Below, one piece after another: positions 26,097 through 39,635 of a DNA stretch of 64,000 nucleotides. The notes under the pieces are model-generated. The model made no database searches, had not been told where the DNA came from, and saw only the letters and a program-made list of their open reading frames with translations. Numbering within the stretch: position 1 is the first letter of the stretch; each line of letters starts with the position of its first letter. A program made the translations under genes and the position numbers. Location: positions 1,240,001 through 1,304,000 of the forward strand of contig CATNEN010000039.1 in the NCBI GenBank assembly GCA_950097015.1, in the 5' to 3' direction. Source of the DNA: Macrostomum hystrix. Lineage: Eukaryota > Animalia > Platyhelminthes.

Positions 26097-27118
26097 GGCT
26101 TCATTAGCAACCAGTGAGTAATATCTTAATTAGTAACCAGTGAGTAATATTTTCATTAGCAACCAGTGAGTAATAGCTTCATTAGCAACCAGTGAGTAAT
26201 ATCTTCATTAGTAACCAGTGAGTAATATCTTAATTAGTAACCAGTGAGTAATATCTTCATTAGCAACCAGTGAGTAATAGCTTCATTAGCAACCAGTGAG
26301 TAATATCTTCATTAGTAACCAGTGAGTAATATCTTCATTAGTAACCAGTGAGTAATATCTTCATTAGCAACCAGTGGGTAATATCTTCATTAGTAACCAG
26401 TGAGTAATATCTTCATTAGTAACCAGTGAGTAATATCTTCATTAGTAACCAGTGAGTAATATCTTCATTAGTAACCAGTGAGTAATATCTTCATTAGCAA
26501 CCAGTGGGTAATATCTTCATTAGTAACCAGTGAGTAATATCTTCATTAGCAACCAGTGGGTAATAGCTTCATTAGCAACCAGTGAGTAATAGCTTCATTA
26601 GCAACCAGTGAGTAATATCTTCATTAGCAACCAGTGAGTAATAGCTTCATTAGCAACCAGTGAGTAATATCTTCATTATTAACCAGTGAGTAATATCTTC
26701 ATTAGTAACCAGTGAGTAATAGCTTCATTAGCAACCAGTGAGTAATATCTTCATTAACAACCAGTGAGCAGGCTTCATTAGCAACCAGTGAGCAGGCTTC
26801 ATTAGCAACCAGTGAGCAGGCTTCATTTGCAACCAGTGAGCAGGCTTCATTTGCAACCAGTGAGCAGGCTTCATTAGCAACCAGTGAGCAGGCTTCATTA
26901 GCAACCAGTGAGCAGGCTTCATTTGCAACCAGTGAGCAGGCTTCATTAGCAACCAGTGAGCAGGCTTCATTAGCAACCAGTGAGCAGGCTTCATTAGCAA
27001 CCAGTGAGCAGGCTTCATTAGCAACCAGTGAGCAGGCTTCATTAGCAACCAGTGAGCAGGCTTCATTAGCAACCAGTGAGCAGGCTTCATTTGCAACCAG
27101 TGAGCAGGCTTCATTAGC
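26097..27118. repeat. Bipartite minisatellite: 26-bp TTCATTAGCAACCAGTGAGTAATATC switching near 26760 to 24-bp TTCATTAGCAACCAGTGAGCAGGC
   Basis: Direct periodicity. Confidence 0.96.
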
Positions 27119-27629
27119 TAGGAGTAGCACTTAAATATTAATGCAGAGGACAGCCTCCTTCATTGCCCGCTGAACTTCTCGGACATGCAGCAGGTGCATC
27201 AGCTCCAGCGTTCATTAATTGCTTACGCTACAAAGACCCACCCCACAGAGGATCAGTGGCTAGATAAGAGTGGCAGGGACTAGCCTATGATAGCCCGGGG
27301 AGTCGCATAGAGACTTTGTGTAAACACGAATTTCATGTATTCGAATGAAGGCCTGAACAAAGACCACACAGAGACCATAGGCCACGCTAAGCGGATATCT
27401 CGGGCGCGGATCGATGTCCGAGTGCTTGCTGAATCGAAAGCAAAGCCAGCGATGGCACCGGTGATAAACCTGTTATCAAACTGCGCGCCAACACCGCCAA
27501 GGCCAGTGTTTGTTTGCTCGGACTAACTGACCCCATTGCACAACTATGAAATACGCCCAGCCCCTGCAACTATTCCATGCCTTTGCCATGCTGATTCTCG
27601 CCTACGAAATGCTAACACGTCTCTGAGAC

Positions 27630-28360
27630 CTCCCTGAGGTCTGCATTTCTCCCTGAGGTCTCCTATTCTCACTGAGGTTTACAATTCTCCCTGAGGTCAA
27701 CATTTCTACTTGAAGTCTCCCATTCTCCCTGAGGTCTCCCATTCTCCCTGAGGTCTCCCATTCTCCCTGAGGTCTCCCATTCTCCCTGAGGTCTCCCATT
27801 CTCCCTGAGGTCTCCCATTCTCCCTGAGGTCTCCCATTCTCCCTGAGGTCTCCCATTCTCCCTGAGGTCTCCCATTCTCCCTGAGGTCTACCATTCTCCC
27901 TGAGGTCTCCCATTCTCCCTGAGGTCTCCCATTCTCCCTGAGGTCTCCCATTCTCCCTGAGGTGTCCCATTCTCCCTGAGGTCTCCCATTCTCCCTGAGG
28001 TCTCCCATTCTCCCTGAGGTCTACCATTCTCCCTGAGGTCTCCCATTCTCCCTGAGGTCTCCCATTCTCCCTGAGGTCTCCCATTCTCCCTGAGGTCTCC
28101 CATTCTCCCTGAGGTCTCCCATTCTCCCTGAGGTCTCCCATTCTCCCTGAGGTCTCCCATTCTCCCTGAGGTGTCCCATTCTCCCTGAGGTCTCCCATTC
28201 TCCCTGAGGTGTCCCATTCTCCCTGAGGTCTCCCATTCTCCCTGAGGTCTCCCATTCTCCCTGAGGTCTCCCATTCTCCCTGAGGTCTACCATTCTCCCT
28301 GAGGTCTCCCATTCTCCCTGAGGTGTCCCATTCTCCCTGAGGTCTCCCATTTCCCTGAGG
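27630..28360. repeat. 19-bp minisatellite (CTCCCTGAGGTCTCCCATT)
   Basis: Direct periodicity. Confidence 0.96.
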
Positions 28361-28888
28361 CAACAGCGCCAATCGGCTGTTTGTTTGTTGGCTAACAAGC
28401 AATCCAACTTGAGCACTCTGAGCTACACGCGAAACGTGGTCACGTGCCCTTGCCAGGCCCGCAACTGGATCTGCATGGTTGCAGCCGGGGGAGCCCAGAT
28501 ACCGGACAGCCAGCCCAGACTGCAGCAGACGCAGGCAATCAACTGCAGAGCCGACAGATGCTTCTGGGCTTTTGAGGTTATTGCTGAGGGCGGGCCGCGT
28601 AAAAGCTTCAAGCTAGCGAGGTTTGGGTGCTTGCGAACTTTTGTAATCAGCAAGCACAGATAAGCCTGCGTAAAAGTAGCAAGAAAAATCACATCGTAGG
28701 AAGGAGTAGGGTGGAAACACGCCTCACCTGGAGGCAGCTAGGAGTAGAAGAACGTTTCTTAGAAAATGATTTTAGCTTCCTTATTTATAGCTTCAGCCGT
28801 TTTCGTAAGGTTTTATTTATAAAAATAATTGTTTCATGAACTTCCTTTCCCTTTCCTCTCCATGCCTAAATGCATTAAGCTCTAGAAG

Positions 28889-29238
28889 TTCTAAGAAACG
28901 TAGATTCTGATGAACGTAGATTCTAAGAAACGTAGATTCTAAGAAACGTAGATTCTAAGAAACGTAGATTCTAAGAAACGTAGATTCTAAGAAACGTAGA
29001 TTCTAAGAAACGTAGATTCTAAGAAACGTAGATTCTAAGAAACGTAGATTCTAAGAAACGTAGATTCTAAGAAACGTAGATTCTAAGAAACGTAGATTCT
29101 AAGAAACGTAGATTCTAAGAAACGTAGATTCTAAGAAACGTAGATTCTAAGAAACGTAGATTCTAAGAAACGTAGATTCTAAGAAACTTAGATTCTAAGA
29201 AACGTAGATTCTAAGAAACGCAGATTCTAAGAAATGTA
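28889..29238. repeat. 16-bp minisatellite (TTCTAAGAAACGTAGA)
   Basis: Direct periodicity. Confidence 0.96.
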
Positions 29239-29949
29239 GGCTTTTTTGAACATTTGCAAAATATTTACCCACATACAATCGGATATTACGGCAAGCAAAT
29301 CCCCTTAGAGATTTTTAGGTTGTCCTGTGTTAAGCACCTAAAGTTCAATTTATTCAAGACTCGAATCTACAGCGAGTATAAACAGGCTGCCCAGGTTCTA
29401 GTTTTAAGAAAATGCAAATTTCCCCAAGCGCCGGCCAAAAACTGGGGGAGCCGAAAGTGAAGACTCGTTGTAGTCAAAAGCTTAAAATAAACAGCTGAAA
29501 CTTGTTAAAGAGGCCGAGCAGTCACTCCCAATTAGGTCCCGGGGGCGGGGCTTCCCAATCATCAGCTGCTGACTGAGGCACACTTGCCCATCTCAGGGCA
29601 CCGCTGTCTCCAATGCTGCAGTCGGGCAGACATCGGACAGCTGGGCCGCGCTGGCAGCTGAAAATGTCTTGGTCGATTTCTGGGCCTCGAATCATCGACT
29701 CTGCCTGCCTGCCTGCTTGGCCGGCAGTTTGTATATAATTTGTGCCCAATTAAAAATAGTTCGATAACTAATTGTTATTATGGATTTCCAAAACACGCCA
29801 ATGGGGCTTATGCGTCATTCGCTGCTGACAATTATTGTCTGTTAGATAGCTGAATCTAATTATGGTTCAGTCATGGACGCAACTCAAATTATACGCCTCA
29901 CAATACACTCTCCCTTATCTCCCTCTGAGTCATTCTCCTCCTTACCAAA

Positions 29950-30665
29950 TCCTCTCCCTCTACCTCTCCCCTCCCTCTCCTTCTCCCTCTCCGTCTCCCT
30001 CTCCCTCTCCTTCTCCCTCTCCCTCTCCCTCTCCCTCTCCCTCTCTGTCTCCCTCTCCCTCTCCCTCTCCCTCTCCCTCTCTGTCTCCCTCTCCCTCTTC
30101 CCTTTCCCTCTCCGTCTCCTTCTCCCTCTCCCTCTCCCTCTCCCTCTCTGTTTCCCTCTCTGTCTCCCTCTCCTTCTCCCTCTCCGTCTCCCTCTCCCTC
30201 TCCCTCTCCCTATCCCTCTCCCTCTCCCTCTCTGTTTCCCTCTCCCTCTCCCTATCCCTCTCCCTCTCCCTCTCTGTTTCCCTCTCCCCTCCCTCTCCTT
30301 CTCCCTCTCCGTCTCCCTCTCCCTCTCCCTCTCCCTCTCCCCTCCCTCTCTGTTTCCCTCTCCCTCTCCCTCTCCCTCTCTGTTTCCCTCTCCCTCTCCC
30401 TCTCCCTCTCTGTCTCCCTCTCCCTCTCCCTCTCCCTCTCCCTCTCTGTCTCCCTCTCCCTCTTCCCTTTCCCTCTCCGTCTCCTTCTCCCTCTCCCTCT
30501 CCCTCTCCCTCTCCCTCTCTGTCTCCCTCTCCCTCTCCCTCTCCCTCTCCCTCTCCCTCTCCCTCTCCCTCTCCCTCTACCTCTCCCTCTCCCTCTCTGT
30601 CTCCCTCTCCCTCTTCCCTTTTCCTCTCCGTCTCCTTCTCCCTCTCCCTCTACCTCTTCCTCTCC
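29950..30665. repeat. Polypyrimidine/polypurine tract based on (CCCTCT)n
   Basis: Almost exclusively C/T on the + strand. Confidence 0.95.
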
Positions 30666-31421
30666 CACTCCGACGGTTGAGAACGAGAAAAATGCAGACC
30701 TATACAAGCATTGCGCATGCAAATTAGTGAATAACTCTTATTCCACTTCAAATCCGTGTCCGTTTTTGTTCAACTTTAAGCGGCCTGACTGGCAGTCTCA
30801 ACAAGCTTCCTGACAAACTAAAGCGGGCGTTGGCAAACAGAAGCAGATTATTGGCAGCAGCCGTCTCTAAGGCCCTGCCGGCTGACCCAGCCCTGCACTG
30901 CTCAGGTTGTCATGGACTCACATATGAGGCAAAACTTTGCCGATTCGAACCAAATTGGCTTTAAGGTTTTTAGCACTCGAGTGTGACAAAGTCACTGTGT
31001 GTGTTTACCTGGCTAGTTAGTTATGCACCTTGGGGGTGAGAATTCATGCAGTCTTGCTCGCTCAGGTCTTTGTTATCGCGCCTCCTGCACTCAGTTGGAT
31101 CTCGAAAAAGCGCGTTTAAAAGCGAAAGATAAGAAATTGCGTGTTTTTTCTCCTCTTCAATTTAACTTCTTGATGGGTCTTTGTTAATAGGCCTGCCCCC
31201 AGACACAGAGCTAGGAGTCAGCGAAACCTGTTGGTGCGAGAGATGGGTATCAGGCTGGCACTACCGTCAGTCGATATTGCTGGGTGAACCTCCGCGCCAA
31301 GCAATTTTCACGCGAAGTCTTTGTTCCGCTGTCTCGTGACCTGAATTTAGCTCGGCACTGGACTGTGCTCAGATCGGCGAGAGACGAGCATGCAAATTTC
31401 ACTCCATGTAGTAGTATTCAT

Positions 31422-31762
31422 GGCAATGTCACTCCAGGTAGACATGATCATGGAAATGTCACTCCAGATAGACATGATCATGGAAATGTCACTCCAGATA
31501 GACATGATCATGGAAATGTCACTCCAGATAGACATGATCATGGAAATGTCACTCCAGATAGACATGATCATGGAAATGTCACTCCAGATAGACATGATCA
31601 TGGAAATGTCACTCCAGATAGATTTAATTATGTAAATGTCACTCCAGATAGACATGATCATGGAAATGTCACTCCAGATAGACATGATCATGGAAATGTC
31701 ACTCCAGATAGATTTAATTATGTAAATGTCACTCCAGGTAGACATGATCATGGAAATGTCAC
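31422..31762. repeat. 30-bp minisatellite (GGAAATGTCACTCCAGATAGACATGATCAT)
   Basis: Direct periodicity. Confidence 0.95.
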
Positions 31763-31837
31763 CTGTAGTTTTTAATGCTGATTCAAGTCAAGTGACGGCA
31801 ATCATATGATTGCTGAGGGATAATTAGTTAGCTTTAC

Positions 31838-32148
31838 TAATAATAATAATTATAATTGATTACACCTGCCCCAATTGGGTCAGATGTGCAGCCGACAGCA
31901 CAGCCGCAGCTAATGCGCGGCGCATCTGAAGGCTGCGTACAGCTGTTCAGTCCATGGACTGGGGGGACGCCACACCCACCTTCAATTATCACAGCTGATG
32001 CTGGTACCCATTTAACAGCTGGGTGAACTGAAGCAATGCAGAGTTAAGTGTCTTGCTAAAGGACGCAAATTTTTCCAGTGGAGTCGGGAATCGAACCCCC
32101 GACCTTCAAGTCGTGAGTCCGACGCCCTAACCACTAGGCTACAACCTC
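31838..32148 (-). mobile_element. Apparently full-length tRNA-derived CORE-like SINE
   Basis: Head GGTTGTAGCCTAGTGGTTAGGGCG...GGTTCGATTCCCG (A and B boxes), then GTCCTTTAGCAAGACACTTAACTCTGCATTGCTTCAGTTCACCCAGCTGTTAAATGGG resembling the MIR CORE domain, then a (TTA)n tail; related copies elsewhere in the window. Confidence 0.85.
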
Positions 32149-34259
32149 TGCTCTACTGTAATCACAGCAGTGGCAGTTAGCGAGATCCCTGCTAATTGAA
32201 GAGCAACCTCAGTTTGAGCTCACTTGTTAATTCATCAGTCAGTTCTTCAATTCAGGCCCACAGGAAGCCAATTTGAGACAAAGAGGTCAATGAGAAAAGA
32301 CAGTGCATATGGCAGCAAGATGGCAGGCAGTGATACACTGAGCTCAAATTGATAGATTGTTATCTCGCGAGCTGTCAGCGCCGAAGCCCTCAATTTCCTG
32401 GCACGCGAGACTCGCGGCGGAGCTCTCGCTCCAGCGCCCCGAGTCTTGTCTGGCGAATGACTTTTTTCCTGAAGGCAGATTCAACTGCCAGCTGCTTCAA
32501 TAGCGGAACAGATCAGAAAAAAACTAATTTTTTGTTATAATGAAAGTCAGGAGAGCGCGGCGGAGGTTGGGGCTGGCGGAGTGAAAGCTGAGCCGGTCTG
32601 CTAGCCGCAGCCACCCCAACCCGTTAATTGCAGCGGGCGGGCTTCGTGTTAGTCAAGCTGGAGCAATTTGATACTCCATGAGCCACACCCACTCACTCTC
32701 TCCCATTCACCCTTCGACAATTTTAGTAGATTTTCAAGTGCGAGCTTGGCACTGCCGGGGAAGCTTCTGCGCCAGCGTGGGTCGGGAGTTCGAATTCGCT
32801 TTGAGACTCAGCTGAGATGATACGTCATCGGATGAAGCCTCTCTTCCATGAGCAGAATATCGAGCTCTTCTGTTGCTATCGGGAAGGCTGGCCCAGGGAC
32901 ACTTCCTCCGTGCGTGCAATGCCTTCCCCTGACAAAGACCTGCGCCTCACTGACGAACCGGACTTGCTCAACGCTGAGCGCACCAGACTTTTTTAAACAA
33001 TCTGAAAGACAATTCAAAATCTTGTCAGGCTGGAAGACAGACAGGAAAAAATCCTGCAATCGGAAGCAGATCGTTGCAGGGGAGGACCGGCGGGAAGGGG
33101 ATAATTGCGAAACAAGGATCCCCCACCCGATCCATTTCCCGATCAGTCTTTGTTGTTTTTCCACCTTACCCTCGACTCGCGCTCCACTTTTCAAAGCAAT
33201 TTAAAACCTTTCCACAGCCTAACAACCCCTCGCAATGAATTGTGCGCATGGCAACAGTGGCTGGGCAGGCTCGGTGCCATCCTTGTCAATCAATATTGAA
33301 CCCTCCCTGCCTGGCTGTTGAGTCCCTACTCGCGTGAGCAGGCACGGCCCGGGTCTCTCTTGTTTCACTCGCTCTCGCTTTCTCGCCACCCCGCCCCCCC
33401 CCCCCACTCGACTGGCGTGATCCGTCACAGCCACCTGTGACAGCTCCTGTCACGCCGGTGTCTTCCGCGCCTGGCACGCGCGCCCTGCAACTCGGCGTGG
33501 AAGCTCTTTTCTCTGTTCTCAAGGGTTAGTTTTTTGTGAAACGAAATACGCCTGCCAAACTGTGTGGCTTTTTTCTCTCGCCTAGCAGACGATTGGCGCG
33601 TGGCCTGGGCGGCTTCAAGTGCCTGCAAGTGCCATCGGCCATCGATCTTTCATCCTACCAGTTTTACTATCGCAGCCAGCGCACTGGGGCAACAAGTGCC
33701 ACTGGCACGCTTCCAGCCATGGCGAGCTTGCCCGCCGCACGCCACCCAGGGTATCCGGTCTGGGCCATAGACTATCACGCGTGGCCCGCCTCTGCGCAGG
33801 TGCTGGCCCCGGTTTTCGGGCTGCAAGTTGTGGGAGGAGCGTGGCGGGCTGCGTGGAAGGCCCGAGGGCGGAAATATTGCGCCACACAAAGAGAGGTCAA
33901 AGGTCACCTGATTGTGAGAGCCAGCAGGAGCGCCGACCAGTTATCGCATTAGCTTCGCTAAATCGATATCTAAAGCACAATAGCTGCCATGCCCGCTTTG
34001 CATCCTTCACTGAGTAATTTGTGGAGCACGTGACACATTAGAATTGGATACATTAGATGTGTCATATGGTCCAGTCCGTTTTATAACAATTGTCTGGGAC
34101 AGCTCAAGGTCGTTCTCAATGTTACTCAACCCTCATACGTAGGGTGTCACAAGAGCTTTGTAATCCACATTTTAACTTGACAATGTGCCTTTGCATAGAC
34201 CCCTCTTAATTAGGAAAACAAGCGAAAAATTGCTATAAAAATCCACTCTGACAGTCTGA

Positions 34260-35525
34260 TATCCACAATCCACAATCATCAATCTACTCGTAAAATGGTA
34301 AATTATAAATCCATAATGCTCAATCCACAATTCATAAATCACAATCCACAGCCATCAATCTACTCGTAAAATGGTAAATTATAAATCCATAATGCTCAAT
34401 CCACAATTCATAAATCACAATCCACAGCCATCAATCTACTCGTAAAATGGTAAATTATAAATCCATAATGCTCAATCCACAATCCTCAATCTCCAATCCA
34501 CAATTCTCAACCCTCAATCCTCAATCCTCAACCCACAAACCTCAATCCACAATCCTAGATCCTCAATCCACAACCCTCAATTCACAATCCTCAATCCTCA
34601 ATCCTCAATCCTCAATTCACAATCCACAAACCTCAATCCACAACCCTCGATCCATAGATATCAATCCTCAATCGTCAATCCACAATCCACAATCGACAAC
34701 CCTCGATCCATAGATATCAATCCTCAATCCACAATCCTAGATCCTCAATCCACAACCCTCAATTCACAATCCTCAATCCTCAATCCTCAATCCTCAATCC
34801 TCAATCCTCAAACCTCAATCCACAACCCTCGATCCATAGATATCAATCCTCAATCCACAATCCTCAATCCACAATCCTAGATCCTCAATCCACAACCCTC
34901 AATTCATAATCCTCAATCCTCAATCCTCAATGCTCAATTCACAATCCTCAAACCTCAATCCACAACCCTCGATCCATAGATATCAATCCTCAATCCTCAA
35001 TCCACAAACCTCAATCCACAACCCTCAATTCACAATCCTCAATCCTCAATCCTCAATCCACAACCCTCGATCCATAGATATCAATCCTCAATCCTCAATC
35101 CAAAATCCTCAATCCTCAGTCCTCAATCCACAACCCTCAATTCACAATCCTCAAACCTCAATCCACAATCCTCAATCCACAACCCTCAATCCATAGATAT
35201 CAATCCTCAATCCTCAATCCACAACCCTCAATCCATAGATATCAATCCTCAATCCTCAATCCACGATCCTCAATCCATAGATATCACTTCCCAATCATCA
35301 ATCCTCAATTTAAAATCGAAAATCAAAGATCCATTATCCTTAATCCACAATCCTCAATCTCAAATCGAAAATTATAAATCCATAATCTTCAATCCACATT
35401 CCTCAACCCTTGATTCATAATCCCCAACTCTCAATTCACAGTCCACAATCCACAATCCACAGCCCTCAATCCACAATTCTCGATCCACAATCCACAATGC
35501 GCAATCCTTAATCCTTAATCTACAA
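34260..35525. repeat. Degenerate 7-bp (CCTCAAT/CCACAAT)n satellite, preceded by about 3 copies of a 76-bp unit
   Basis: AATCTACTCG recurs at 34281, 34357 and 34433; heptamer periodicity thereafter. Confidence 0.9.
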
Positions 35526-36299
35526 TCCCAAATGGCTACATACAAAACCACAATCTATTAGGCCCAATCCTACCCCATCCATAGCTCTCAGAGTCAGAAG
35601 CAGCGAGTCAGTATCGATGGTTATCAACAGGCACTCGAGTTCCCACCGAACCGTTAATTAAGTTATTGAATCGATGGGCAAACAAACTTGTGAAAAGTGG
35701 CAGATCGCTGCGTTGAGGTGGCCTAGCAACAAGCGGACAAAGGGGGCAGAGATTTCTGTGAAATATTCGCTCATGTTTTAGGCATGCGGTCTCAGATTTC
35801 ATGTTAAGTCAGGCCGGCAGCAATAATATTGCCTGAATATGCAGACAGGCAGGAAAAATTGTGAGCATATTGTCACCCAGCCATTGGAGCATGACGCAAA
35901 CTAATTTTCAGTTTTTGTTGCACAACAGTGAGCGCGGCTTCCAGAATTAACAACCGAGCGCTTGGATACAACTCGGGAAGAAGGGAAACAACAACTGACT
36001 GACTCCTTTGCGCACGTGTGTCCCGTGCGGTCCTAGCAGATCAGGTATCAGCTGTCCCAGGTTCCCATGCTAATGATGCTCATTGCGCACTCTGTGCTTT
36101 GCTTGGCTCAGCAAACTGAATCTGCTTTTTTCACGACTGCGCTGGCGAGATAAAAAATGAAAATTATCTGCTTGGTTGCCAGGTTGCGGGCAACTTTAAA
36201 CCACCGCGTTGTTGGGCCCCTTAAATCAGATTTGCGAAATTCTGAATCGATAGCCGTTTCAAATTTCTGTCCTCATTTAATCATCTGTCGGCTTCCCAC

Positions 36300-37487
36300 A
36301 CTACCAAACTTATTGATGAGCTACTTCTCACTCTACCAAACTTATTGAAGAGCTACTTCTCACTCTACCAACCTTATTGAAGAGCTACTTCTCACTCTAC
36401 CAACCTTATTGAAGAGCTACTTCTCACTCTACCAACCTTATTGAAGAGCTACTTCTCACTCTACCAACCTTATTGATGAGCTACTTCTCACTCTACCAAC
36501 CTTATTGAAGAGCTACTTCTCACTCTACCAACCTTATTGAAGAGCTACTTCTCACTCTACCAACCTTATTGAAGAGCTACTTCTCACTCTACCAACCTTA
36601 TTGATGAGCTACTTCTCACTCTACCAAACTTATTGAAGAGCTACTTCTCACTCTACCAACCTTATTGAAGAGCTACTTCTCACTCTACCAACCTTATTGA
36701 TGAGCTACTTCTCACTCTACCAACCTTATTGAAGAGCTACTTCTCACTCTACCAAACTTATTGAAGAGCTACTTCTCACTCTACCAACCTTATTGAAGAG
36801 CTACTTCTCACTCTACCAACCTTATTGATGAGCTACTTCTCACTCTACCAACCTTATTGAAGAGCTACTTCTCACTCTACCAACCTTATTGAAGAGCTAC
36901 TTCTCACTCTACCAACCTTATTGAAGAGCTACTTCTCACTCTACCAACCTTATTGAAGAGCTACTTCTCACTCTACCAAACTTATTGAAGAGCTACTTCT
37001 CACTCTACCAAACTTATTGAAGAGCTACTTCTCACTCTACCAAACTTATTGAAGAGCTACTTCTCACTCTACCAACCTTATTGAAGAGCTACTTCTCACT
37101 CTACCAACCTTATTGAAGAGCTACTTCTCACTCTACCAACTTTATTGAAGAGCTACTTCTCACTCTACCAAACTTATTGAAGAGCTACTTCTCACTCTAC
37201 CAACCTTATTGAAGAGCTACTTCTCACTCTACCAAACTTATTGAAGAGCTACTTCTCACTCTACCAAACTTATTGAAGAGCTACTTCTCACTCTACCAAC
37301 CTCATTGATGAGCTACTTCTCACTCTACTGACATTATTGAAGAGCTACTTCTCACTCTACCAAACTTATTGAAGAGCTACTTCTCACTCTACCAACCTCA
37401 TTGAAGAGCTACTTCTCACTCTACCAAACTTATTGAAGAGCTACTTCTCACTCTACCAACCTCATTGAAGAGCTACTTCTCACTCTA
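36300..37487. repeat. 32-bp minisatellite (CTACTTCTCACTCTACCAACCTTATTGAAGAG)
   Basis: Direct periodicity. Confidence 0.97.
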
Positions 37488-38656
37488 ACGACCCCCGTCA
37501 CACCTGTGCCACTCCTATCACACAACCTTCTAACCCCAACAAAGTCATAAATATTATTCCGCCAAGCAATTCAGCTATCAGTCATTTAGGTGTCGTGGGA
37601 GTTTAATTTCCGGCCAGGCCAGGTAGATTCGGGTGAGCCGGCATGCGGCGATAATGTGAGTCTGTTTTTGAGTTGCCATCTGCGCCGCTATTGAGTTGAG
37701 CAGTGCTCAGCCGACATAAACAACCTGATTGTGTATAGGCAATTAAAAAGAATAGCACACATCAGGTGTCGCTTCGGCTGAGAACAAGCCCTGCAGCGGT
37801 TGTTTGCACAGCACTGGAGGCACGCGCCTAGTCTAACTTTGAATTTGTTTGGTGAGCTGTCTGCGTGTCAGGAAATGAAGTCAGCTCAACTTATGCAGCT
37901 CTGGCGATGCTATGACGACACAGATTTAGGCGATGACTCCAATTCGCTTTGTCCGTCAACTTTTGAGTGTCTCCGGACAGCGGATTCAAGGGCGGAACTC
38001 GCGTGACCGTGCGGCACCCCGGCCCAGTCACCTGCCTGCCCGGCACCCCCCCACTTGTCCTGGAACCGTGCCAAGGCCGCACCGCCGTCCGGTGTTTAAC
38101 CAGAGGCCCGCCGAGTGGCCGCGGAGAGGCCAGCTTGGAGACAATGAGACTCCACGTGCCAAAAATCTTTTCGCTCGCTTGTCTATCAATTTCTCTTCTA
38201 GTCGATTGGACTCACCTGCGTGTCCGAGGTGCCAAGAGTTGGTCTTTGTCCGGCCGCAATGGTCTCTATCGGCGGCAATGAGTCGACTCAAACTTGGGGA
38301 GGGGAGGCGTGAGAAATTGGAAATCTCACCTATAGCATGAGGCTTTAATTACTGAATTGCTGCAGCTCTTGGTTGGCAGGGGCTGGAAATTCTAGAGGGA
38401 ACTGGATACTGCATCACAGGGCCTGCAAATTAGCTTAGCAACTAATTCTGCAACCTGTAATCCACGTCTCGGGCCAGGCCGGGCTCTTCAAAAATAAATT
38501 TTTCCCGAGCTGGAGAAGGGTGCCCCTGTACCGCACTGCCAGACAGCTTCTGGGTAATTCAATACGGCCCTGGGCTCCTAGCAAACAACATGGCCTGCTT
38601 GTGCCTGAGTTATCTTCTCATTGAAATTGCTGCCAGATCATTCCAACTGCTCTGTA

Positions 38657-38958
38657 TGGCCTCCCAGCCTTCACCTGTGGCCTCCCAGCCTTCACCTGTG
38701 GCCTCCCAGCCTTCACCTGTGGCCTCCCAGCCTTCACCTGTGGCCTCCCAGCCTTCACCTGTGGCCTCCCAGCCTTCACCTGTGGCCTCCCAGCCTTCAC
38801 CTGTGGCCTCCCAGCCTTCACCTGTGCCCTCCCAGCCTTCACCTGTGGCCTCCCAGCCTTCACCTGTGGCCTCCCAGCCTTCACCTGTGGCCTCCCAGCC
38901 TTCACCTGTGGCCTCCCAGCCTTCACCTGTGGCCTCCCAGCCTTCACCTGTGGCCTCT
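38657..38958. repeat. 21-bp minisatellite (TGGCCTCCCAGCCTTCACCTG)
   Basis: Direct periodicity. Confidence 0.96.
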
Positions 38959-39635
38959 CATCCTTCCCTTTTAGCTCCACACTGGCTTCTTCTGCAGTTA
39001 AATTTAACTAACTGAATGCGCAGGTGCTGTTGTGCAGGTGCGGAGTTAAACTTGCAGTCTTGAAATATTATAGATGCCCACCCTCTTCAGACATGTTTAC
39101 AATGAGGTGCGAATTGTACCAAAACTGCAGCAGTAAACACGCGTTAAACAATGCAAAACTGCGGCTTTGAAATGAAATAAAACAAAATGCGAGTTGGTGT
39201 TCAGTTTTCAGTTGAAAGCCATTGAAAGTCGCTTGTTTTTCAGCCCTATATTCCGCCTCTCCGCCGCAGAGCTGGCGCATTGTAGCCACTTCCTCAGCGC
39301 GGGCTGACTATACGGGTGGCGAATTTCTGTGTCAAAAGTCAGCAGAAACTGCCGCTCGAGATCGGATACAATTGGAGCCAGTCTGAGCCATGTAGCCGTG
39401 TGCGCTACCTGAATTCAGCTGCTGCTGCTGAAAGTAGCGATCACGACTCCTTTACTACCTGCTCTAAACCTTCAGACTGCTCAAACTGGCTGCTCCTTCT
39501 GCAGCTGGTGCAGGTCTCACTGAACGCTGAGCTTTGATCCCAAACATAATTTTCTCCCGTATTTGTTCCCAAAATGTCTGCCTATATTGTTAAACTTTTC
39601 CAATTTTAAATGAATCATTATTTTTTTTATTTTTA

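Noticed and set aside
29862-30727. Ser/Pro-rich or Arg/Gly-rich protein
   Set aside because: Translation of a CT microsatellite
32078-32146. Functional tRNA-Val(CAC) gene (also 53043-53105)
   Set aside because: No convincing 7-bp acceptor stem, and it is attached to a repeated SINE body
32734-34017. Cluster of overlapping 60-138 aa ORFs
   Set aside because: No recognisable domain or consistent exon chain; expected by chance in GC-rich DNA
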